This document shows, one piece after another, positions 57,879 to 64,000 of a stretch of 64,000 bases of DNA. The stretch covers positions 964 to 64,963 of the forward strand of contig PLGI01000198.1 of assembly GCA_003139775.1 (NCBI GenBank). Direction: 5' to 3'. The first letter of the stretch is position 1. Each line of letters begins with the position of its first letter. Source of the DNA: Syntrophaceae bacterium (GTDB lineage: Bacteria; Desulfobacterota; Syntrophia; Syntrophales; Smithellaceae). Made by a program: the position numbers and the translations under genes. The notes under the pieces are model-generated. The model did no database searches, was not told the origin of the DNA, and saw nothing but the letters and a program-made list of their open reading frames with translations.

Positions 57879-58580
57879 CTATGGCATTTCGAAAATTTGG
57901 ACTCCCGCCGGAGGTTTGAATTGGAACATTTTTTGCGCCATTCCAGTGTTTACGGAAATATTGGAAAATTTCAGCGTCGTGGAGTTGCCCATAACATCAT
58001 CGAAGCTTATCTGCAGAATATAAAAATTATTTTTGTCAATTGTCAACTTGATTGAATTGCAGGCAGCCGTCTTTTCTCTGGGAATCAACACAAGCAGATA
58101 ATTGCCATCTTTGTCCTGAGCTTTGGGTTCGGCATATTTTATTACAAAATCATTTTTTAATTTTCCCGACCCGGAAAAAAAGTTAATCAGAAACTTCGAT
58201 TGAAAAATACTTTCCGACTTCTGCGTGTAGACAACCTTTTCCTTAGAAAGGTAAAGCCACGCTTTTTGACTGTTGATCACCAGTTTTTTGCCCTGTGGTT
58301 TTGTGTATTCCCAAAGCATGTTCTTTGGATTCTTAAAAAAAACTTTGCCTTCTTCCCTTTCTGTTTTCTTAATCGACTTAATGGTTGCTTCCTGAATGAA
58401 ATCAGCCTTCAGGTCTTTTGTTTTCTCATAAGAGCTCTGAATATTTTGGGCAATATCGCCAACCACTAGAAGTTCTTCGGAAAAAACACAACAAGGTAGA
58501 GATAGCAGTGATAAAATAAGGCAAAGACCAGCCCCCGTTGTCGTAAATAGCTTAATTATTTTAATAAATTTTTTTATCAT
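57879..58580 (-). CDS. lolA: Outer-membrane lipoprotein carrier protein LolA-like
   Basis: Signal peptide, then GKVFFKNPKNMLWEYTKPQGKKLVINSQKAWLY. Start trimmed to MIKKFIKII. Confidence 0.75.
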   Translation of the reverse strand: MIKKFIKIIKLFTTTGAGLCLILSLLSLPCCVFSEELLVVGDIAQNIQSSYEKTKDLKADFIQEATIKSIKKTEREEGKVFFKNPKNMLWEYTKPQGKKLVINSQKAWLYLSKEKVVYTQKSESIFQSKFLINFFSGSGKLKNDFVIKYAEPKAQDKDGNYLLVLIPREKTAACNSIKLTIDKNNFYILQISFDDVMGNSTTLKFSNISVNTGMAQKMFQFKPPAGVQIFEMP

Positions 58581-58838
58581 TTTTTTATAAAAAACCGGCC
58601 ACAGGTGGCACACTTTTTTCTATGAAGTTTATATCTTGCTCTTATCCTACCGTATAAGTGACGATGATAAAAGGCTATATTAATAAGTTATTGATTATAT
58701 TAAATATTTAAGTTGCTCAAACCTTAGGCAATTTGGTGTAAAATCGTAACAATTACGCACTTACGAAGATTATCAACAAGGTTATCAACAACCATTTCCA
58801 CAGTCTTGTGGAATACAAATCCAAGTACCTGTATCAAA

Positions 58839-58868
58839 GGGGAAAATCAATCCCGCAACTTGAAATCC
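58839..58868 (-). repeat. Possible family-1 fragment
   Basis: Minus strand reads GGATTTCAAGTTGC GGGATTGATTTTCCCC, close to the linker word GGATAATTCAACTTGC. Confidence 0.3.
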
Positions 58869-58917
58869 ACTGGTTCCAGCTAGGGGATTCCACTATAAAA
58901 CCTTTTACGCATTTATC

Positions 58918-59994
58918 CTAATCCGCGATTTTGACGCGCCAGCCAAATGGATCTTCTTTCAATCCATATTGGATTTGTAATATTTCATTGTATAATTTTT
59001 CGGCAAGAATTCCGGTTTTTCCGCCATTAATCAAATATTCCTTGCCACGGAAATGAATTTGTCCAACAGGCGAAACGACTGCCGCCGTTCCGGACGCAAA
59101 AGCTTCTTTCAACGAACCATTTTGCGAGGCAGTTATAACTTCATCAATAGATATTGGCCTTTCCACAACTTTGGTTTGCAAGTGACGTGCTAAAGCAATA
59201 ACCGAGTTTCGCGTAACACCCGGTAAAATTGATCCAGCTAAAGGAGGCGTGATTAATTCTTCACCAAGGAGGAAGAAGATGTTACTTGTTCCGACCTCCT
59301 CCACATATTTCTTTTCAACGGAATCCAGCCAAAGAACCTGCGTATATCCCATATTCGTAGCTATTCTGCTGGCATAAAGGCTGGCGGCATAATTACCGGC
59401 CGCCTTGACATGACCTATTCCTCCTCGCACCGCGCGAACGTATTCCTCCGACACATACATTTTTGTCGGAGAAAATCCCTGAGGATAATAGGCGCCCACC
59501 GGCCCTACCACTATAAAAAATAAATATTCGGTAGATGGATGCACTCCCAAAGCCGCCTCTGTGGCAATCATAGTCGGACGTATATACATGGAAGTTCCGG
59601 CACCATGAGGAATCCAGTCTTTTTCCAGAATAATCAGTTTTTTCATTGCTTCCATAAAAAGATTATCTTCGATCGGCGGCATACAGAGTCTTTCCGCGGA
59701 TGAATTCATTCTCTTGATATTTTCCTGCGGGCGAAAAAGATAAATTTCACCTTTTGGACCGCGATAGGCCTTGAGACCTTCAAAAATTTCCTGACCGTAA
59801 TGCAAACACATTGCAGTTGGATCTAATTTTAAAGAACGGTATGGCTCAATTACCGGATCATACCAACCCTTGCCATCCTTGTATTTTACGTTAAAGAAGT
59901 GGTCGGTAAATATCTTACCGAAACCAAGTTTGGATTCATCAGTGGGTTTGGCTTTTCTTTTTTTCAGCGGCGCTTTCTTGACTTTAATTTCCAT
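58918..59994 (-). CDS. ilvE: Branched-chain amino acid aminotransferase
   Basis: Class IV aminotransferase (FEGLKAYRG, EVGTSNIF). Start trimmed to MEIKVKK to avoid overlap with the upstream gene. Confidence 0.9.
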   Translation of the reverse strand: MEIKVKKAPLKKRKAKPTDESKLGFGKIFTDHFFNVKYKDGKGWYDPVIEPYRSLKLDPTAMCLHYGQEIFEGLKAYRGPKGEIYLFRPQENIKRMNSSAERLCMPPIEDNLFMEAMKKLIILEKDWIPHGAGTSMYIRPTMIATEAALGVHPSTEYLFFIVVGPVGAYYPQGFSPTKMYVSEEYVRAVRGGIGHVKAAGNYAASLYASRIATNMGYTQVLWLDSVEKKYVEEVGTSNIFFLLGEELITPPLAGSILPGVTRNSVIALARHLQTKVVERPISIDEVITASQNGSLKEAFASGTAAVVSPVGQIHFRGKEYLINGGKTGILAEKLYNEILQIQYGLKEDPFGWRVKIAD

Positions 59995-60086
59995 AAATGC
60001 CTCTTTCACCAGGCTGCAGCCTCGCGCATATCCTTCCACTACCTCGAAAGTCGGTCTGGTATTAAAATTTTTACTTTGACATATCA

Positions 60087-61616
60087 CTAAATTAAACTGC
60101 GATCAAGACTTCGATATTGAATTGCTTCGGCAACATGAGCAGGTTCAATATTTTCTTTGTTTTCCAGATCAGCAATTGTGCGGGATACTTTCAATATCCG
60201 GTTTACCGCCCGGGCGCTAAACCCCAGTTTTTCAATGGCCATTTCGATAAGCTTATGCGATTCCTCGCCTATCTGACAAAAATTCTTAATTTGTTTTTCC
60301 GTCATCCGGGCATTACATAGTATGCCTTTGTGGCCAAAACGCTTTTTTTGCAGATCACGCGCTTTGTTTACGCGATCTCTAATCGTTGCGGAAGACTCTC
60401 CCAATTCTTTATCAGACAGGGCTCGATATTTAACTGAAGGCACCTCAATATGTAAATCTATTCGATCCAATAGCGGTCCCGATATTTTAGATTGATACTG
60501 ACGAATTTGCTGCGGGCTGCAACGGCAAGTATGAACACGGTCGCCAAAATAACCGCAGGGACAGGGATTCATTGCCGCCACCAACATAAATTTTGCGGGG
60601 AAAGAAGCCGTTACCGAAGAACGCGTAATTGTTATGGTGCCATCCTCCAGAGGCTGGCGAAGGGCTTCCAACGCGTTTTTTTTGAATTCGGGAAGTTCAT
60701 CTAAGAAAAGCACACCCAGATGGGCAAGGCTTATTTCTCCCGGGCGCGGTGTCTGGCCGCCCCCAACCAAACCGGCATCGGATATCGTGTGATGCGGCGA
60801 ACGAAAAGGCCGCACCGCGATTAACATTTCATCTTTATTCAAGGAGCCGGCAATGGAAAATACTTTTGTTACTTCGATCGCTTCATCAAAGGAAAGATCG
60901 GGCAAAATTGTAGGCAGTCTTTTTGCCAGCATGCTTTTACCGGAACCGGGCGGACCGATCATGATCACATTATGGCCTCCGGCCGCCGCAATTTCCAGTG
61001 CTCTCATTGCCTGTTTCTGACCCTTTATTTCATTAAAATCGACTTCATATTTACGGGTTTTTTGGAAAATTTTACTTATGTCCAAAGAAACCGGTTCGAT
61101 ATTACTCCGTCCAGCTAAAAATTCCACAACATCCGGCAGTGTTTTCACCGGAAAGACGTTAATCCCTTCCACCATAGCCGCTTCCGCGGCGTTTTCTTCA
61201 GGAACAAAAACCGATTTAATGCCTATTTCTTTGGCTTTAAAAGTGGCAGGTAAGACACCATTTACGCCTTTAATACTGCCGTCAAGAGACAGTTCTCCAA
61301 TAAAAAAACAATCCTGTAGTGCGGCTTCTTTAATTAATTCTTCCGCGGCCAGAATTCCCACAGCAATGGGAAGGTCAAAACCTGTTCCTTCTTTTTTAAT
61401 ATCGGCGGGAGCCAGATTGATGGTTACACGGCTGCGGGGGAAACGATAGCCGGAATTTTTTATGGCGGCTTTGATCCGATCTCTGCTTTCTTTAACCGAA
61501 GCATCAGGCAAACCGACAGTGGCAAATTGAGGCAAACCCTGAGATGTGTCCACCTCTACGAACACTGGGTATGATTCCATACCAATGACGCTCATACTGA
61601 TTACTTTAACGAACAT
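60087..61616 (-). CDS. YifB/ComM-family Mg-chelatase-like ATPase
   Basis: 509 aa; Lon-like N-terminal domain, [11 protein letters not shown] Walker A, C-terminal HTH-like region. Confidence 0.9.
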   Translation of the reverse strand: MFVKVISMSVIGMESYPVFVEVDTSQGLPQFATVGLPDASVKESRDRIKAAIKNSGYRFPRSRVTINLAPADIKKEGTGFDLPIAVGILAAEELIKEAALQDCFFIGELSLDGSIKGVNGVLPATFKAKEIGIKSVFVPEENAAEAAMVEGINVFPVKTLPDVVEFLAGRSNIEPVSLDISKIFQKTRKYEVDFNEIKGQKQAMRALEIAAAGGHNVIMIGPPGSGKSMLAKRLPTILPDLSFDEAIEVTKVFSIAGSLNKDEMLIAVRPFRSPHHTISDAGLVGGGQTPRPGEISLAHLGVLFLDELPEFKKNALEALRQPLEDGTITITRSSVTASFPAKFMLVAAMNPCPCGYFGDRVHTCRCSPQQIRQYQSKISGPLLDRIDLHIEVPSVKYRALSDKELGESSATIRDRVNKARDLQKKRFGHKGILCNARMTEKQIKNFCQIGEESHKLIEMAIEKLGFSARAVNRILKVSRTIADLENKENIEPAHVAEAIQYRSLDRSLI

Positions 61617-61665
61617 TGGGCCTTCTTCAACGAAACAAGTGCAACGGTTGTTATGCGATCCTCTA

Positions 61666-64000
61666 TTATACGCCCTTATTGTCTATTTTTAAGAATAGAT
61701 TAACCCCTGTTGCCTCGGATTCAATTGAAACCGAATCAGGATCAGCGCCCGCTTTGCCGGCCAATTCAGTCAACTCTGTTATGTCTCTATGGAATAAAAA
61801 CCATTCCCCAAATTCCATATAATTCCTTGATGGATTTAATGTTGAAAAATTGCCAATAACCACTTTGCCATTTATTGTTAACATTTTCATTAATGAGCGC
61901 AGCAGTAATACAAACTTTTCATTGTCAAGATAATCAAAAAGTCCTGCAGACCAGATTAAGTCGTACTGTTTTTCCGTACGGAAACGAAATGCGTTTTCAC
62001 AAAAGAAAGTAATATTCGAACCATTGAGCAGTTGTTTGGAGTATTCTATGGCCTTTGAATCCATATCCAGACAATCAAAATGTATTTTTGACAATGGATG
62101 TTTACATTTGTATTCATAAATATCACGACATGGGCCGCTACCTATATTCAACACGGCCTTTTCTATAACCTGTGATTTTTCAATTTCAGCTAATATGTTT
62201 TTAAAATAGTCTTTCCTGTTTCGCACTGCTTTGGGTGCAGCCTGCCAATGAAAGAACTTATCCCAATTTTCCAGATGCTTTTTTGGTGAAATCCATCCCA
62301 TATAAATTCTATCTATTATTTCATAATCGCCGTGGTAACCATGGGGACTCTTACACACAAATCCCTGTATGGTATCTTCCGAAAAAGCTTCCCCGCAAGC
62401 CGCCCACAACTCCCTGATTTGAGCGCGAGAAATCTTACCCTCTTTAAGCATAGAGTTTATATAAGAATAATAATCGTTGAGCTCAACATACTCACTTGGT
62501 TCAGGACCTCCTCGTTCCACAAACGACATCAAGTAATCTTTTATCTTCTTAAATTCGTTAATTCTTCTCTCTTGAGGATATGACTCCGAACAAATCCTGT
62601 CTTTTCCGTTCTTTTTTCCCTGGTACATAAGATGATCAGCCCGGTTAACGAAGGCTTTTATGTCTTCCTTTTTCTTATACTGCGCAAGTCCTATGCTCAC
62701 TGTAAGATAGACGTGTTTACCCGGTGACGGAGAAAAATTCTCTTTTCTTAATTCCTCTCTGATTCTTTCCGCATTAACAATGCCTTCCTCGCATGTTGTC
62801 ATGGGCAAGATGACTGTAAATTCCTCACCGCCATAACGATAGGCGGAATCCGCCTTGCGAAGACATCTTTTTATCACCTGGCCGAGTCGCAATAAAACCT
62901 GATCTCCCTCAATATGGCCATAAGCATCGTTGAACGCCTTGAAATCGTCTAGATCAATAAGGAGAATGGTTAATGGCTGTTCATGGCGGTCCAGTCGGTC
63001 AATTTCCATTTTAAGCTGATGGTAAAAATGCCTGGAATTATAAAGCTGGGTGAGGTCATCGATAATGCTCATTTCGCGATATCTTTCTTCGCTGTCTCTA
63101 ACCTCCTTTTCCAGCTGCTTACGTTCGGTGATATCGCGGGACACCGCCTGAAAGCCTGTAATTTTGCCATCTTCCACAATCAACTGGGTATTCTGCCCAA
63201 GCCAAACCTCACGGCCATCCTTAGTGATCATGGGATATTCTGAATATGTATTTTGAAGCCTCTTTACGAACTGAATACCGAAGAACCTAATGGCTTCGTC
63301 ACGCAAGTGCGGATGGATCATGGCCTGATAATGTTTTCCAATAATCTCCTCTTCTTCGTACCCTGTTATACGGATCGTCGATGCATTTACGAAGGTAAAA
63401 TATCCATTATCATCGGTCCTGAAGACCATATCGCTCGCATTTTCCACCAATGCCCGATACCGCTCCTCACTAGCCCGCAGTGCCGCCTCTGCCCGCTTGC
63501 GATCGGTAATGTCCCGGCTCACCGCGAGTATCCCGATCGGTTTGTTTTCCTTGTCCCGCTGAGCGGATATGTTGCTCTCCAGCCAGATAACGGATCCATC
63601 CTTTTTATATTCTTCAACCTCCAGGATGCGGATTCTCCAGAGATCGGCGGTTCCAGCGGCTTCCAATTTTAACTCTTTTTCAAAAAGAGTCAGCGGTGCC
63701 TTCAGGGATCCGGGGGTCATGAATTGGTCGAGGGTCATATTCATGGCCTCCTCAACGGTGTATCCATGAGTACGCATGATGGACGGGCTGATATAGGTAA
63801 AGCGTAAATTCATATCCGTGACGATAACGAGGTCAGCCGTGTTTTCTGCAATTAGGCGGTATTTTTCTTCGCTTTCCCTTAGCACTTCCTCCGCCCGCTT
63901 GTGGCCAGCGATTTCATGTTCAAGCTCCCGATTAATGATCTGATAATCCGTCATTCGCCTTTCCAGTTCTTGATTGACCTTTTTAGTCTTTTCCTGCTCA
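61666..64000 (-). CDS. Multi-PAS sensor diguanylate cyclase fused to a C-terminal class I SAM-dependent methyltransferase domain; 5' end probably beyond window
   Basis: Three PAS/PAC-like repeats, GGDEF domain (RYGGEEF), then ~300 aa with NIGSGPCRD and [12 protein letters not shown] (SAM-MTase motifs I and post-I/II). The frame stays open upstream of Met 63954 to base 64000. Confidence 0.8.
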   Translation of the reverse strand, partial: EQEKTKKVNQELERRMTDYQIINRELEHEIAGHKRAEEVLRESEEKYRLIAENTADLVIVTDMNLRFTYISPSIMRTHGYTVEEAMNMTLDQFMTPGSLKAPLTLFEKELKLEAAGTADLWRIRILEVEEYKKDGSVIWLESNISAQRDKENKPIGILAVSRDITDRKRAEAALRASEERYRALVENASDMVFRTDDNGYFTFVNASTIRITGYEEEEIIGKHYQAMIHPHLRDEAIRFFGIQFVKRLQNTYSEYPMITKDGREVWLGQNTQLIVEDGKITGFQAVSRDITERKQLEKEVRDSEERYREMSIIDDLTQLYNSRHFYHQLKMEIDRLDRHEQPLTILLIDLDDFKAFNDAYGHIEGDQVLLRLGQVIKRCLRKADSAYRYGGEEFTVILPMTTCEEGIVNAERIREELRKENFSPSPGKHVYLTVSIGLAQYKKKEDIKAFVNRADHLMYQGKKNGKDRICSESYPQERRINEFKKIKDYLMSFVERGGPEPSEYVELNDYYSYINSMLKEGKISRAQIRELWAACGEAFSEDTIQGFVCKSPHGYHGDYEIIDRIYMGWISPKKHLENWDKFFHWQAAPKAVRNRKDYFKNILAEIEKSQVIEKAVLNIGSGPCRDIYEYKCKHPLSKIHFDCLDMDSKAIEYSKQLLNGSNITFFCENAFRFRTEKQYDLIWSAGLFDYLDNEKFVLLLRSLMKMLTINGKVVIGNFSTLNPSRNYMEFGEWFLFHRDITELTELAGKAGADPDSVSIESEATGVNLFLKIDNKGV

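Noticed and set aside
58772-58822. Cluster of DnaA-box-like 9-mers (TTATCAACA x2, TTTCCACA, TGTGGAATA), considered as an oriC or DnaA-regulated site.
   Set aside because: None is a perfect TTATCCACA, there is no dnaA/dnaN/gidA context and no adjacent AT-rich unwinding element. It is more simply the lolA promoter region.

Overview
This is a 64-kb bacterial chromosomal window; almost every gene in the first 44 kb is on the minus strand. Gene content and order (nifH-nifI1-nifI2-nifDK, sigma-54 promoters, an mraZ-to-ftsZ dcw cluster, selB) suggest an anaerobic Desulfobacterota/deltaproteobacterium-like organism; this is inference only.

Layout:
- (i) 1-20.6 kb, nitrogen block. It holds a sigma-54-driven APC permease that runs off the left edge and whose last visible codons look like a fused PII domain. 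Next comes a tightly packed string nifH-nifI1-nifI2-nifD-nifK-nifE-nifN-nifB-fdx-modA-modB-modC-GNAT-nifV-small membrane protein. Then a NifA-type activator, an orphan class III nucleotidyl cyclase, and amtB-glnK followed by a tiny Fis-type HTH gene.
- (ii) 20.6-23.9 kb, AT-rich, repeat-laden islet with vapBC and a hypothetical membrane/coiled-coil protein.
- (iii) 23.9-44.5 kb. A B12/radical-SAM gene, then a complete dcw cluster (ftsZ, ftsA, ftsQ, murB, murC, murG, ftsW, murD, mraY, murF, murE, ftsI, ftsL, rsmH, mraZ), then mltG and ruvX.
- (iv) 44.5-64 kb. Housekeeping genes (selB, HD/OB nuclease, acyl-CoA ligase, crotonase, nadD, proA, lolA, ilvE, yifB/comM), a patatin plus radical-SAM pair, a very AT-rich decayed restriction-modification islet, and a PAS-GGDEF-methyltransferase fusion that runs off the right edge.

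No rRNA, tRNA, CRISPR array, transposase or integrase was recognised.

The most unusual signals are non-coding:
- (a) A shared non-canonical enhancer-like element (TATTCCTAC-N9-GGTTA-N7-TATTCCTAC) lies upstream of the nifH and permease sigma-54 promoters, with a degenerate copy upstream of amtB.
- (b) Family 1 is a modular hairpin-plus-linker mosaic repeat at 7-8 intergenic loci. It makes up the whole ~250-nt amtB leader and includes a hairpin unit whose stems are fully compensated.
- (c) Family 2 is a second interspersed element with four copies, two of them inverted around a radical-SAM gene.
- (d) A 15-nt core (ATAACCTAAAGGTCA) is present three times, each time flanked by short direct duplications, twice inside the loops of the other repeats.

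All hand-derived coordinates are +/- a few nt. Nothing was computed or searched.
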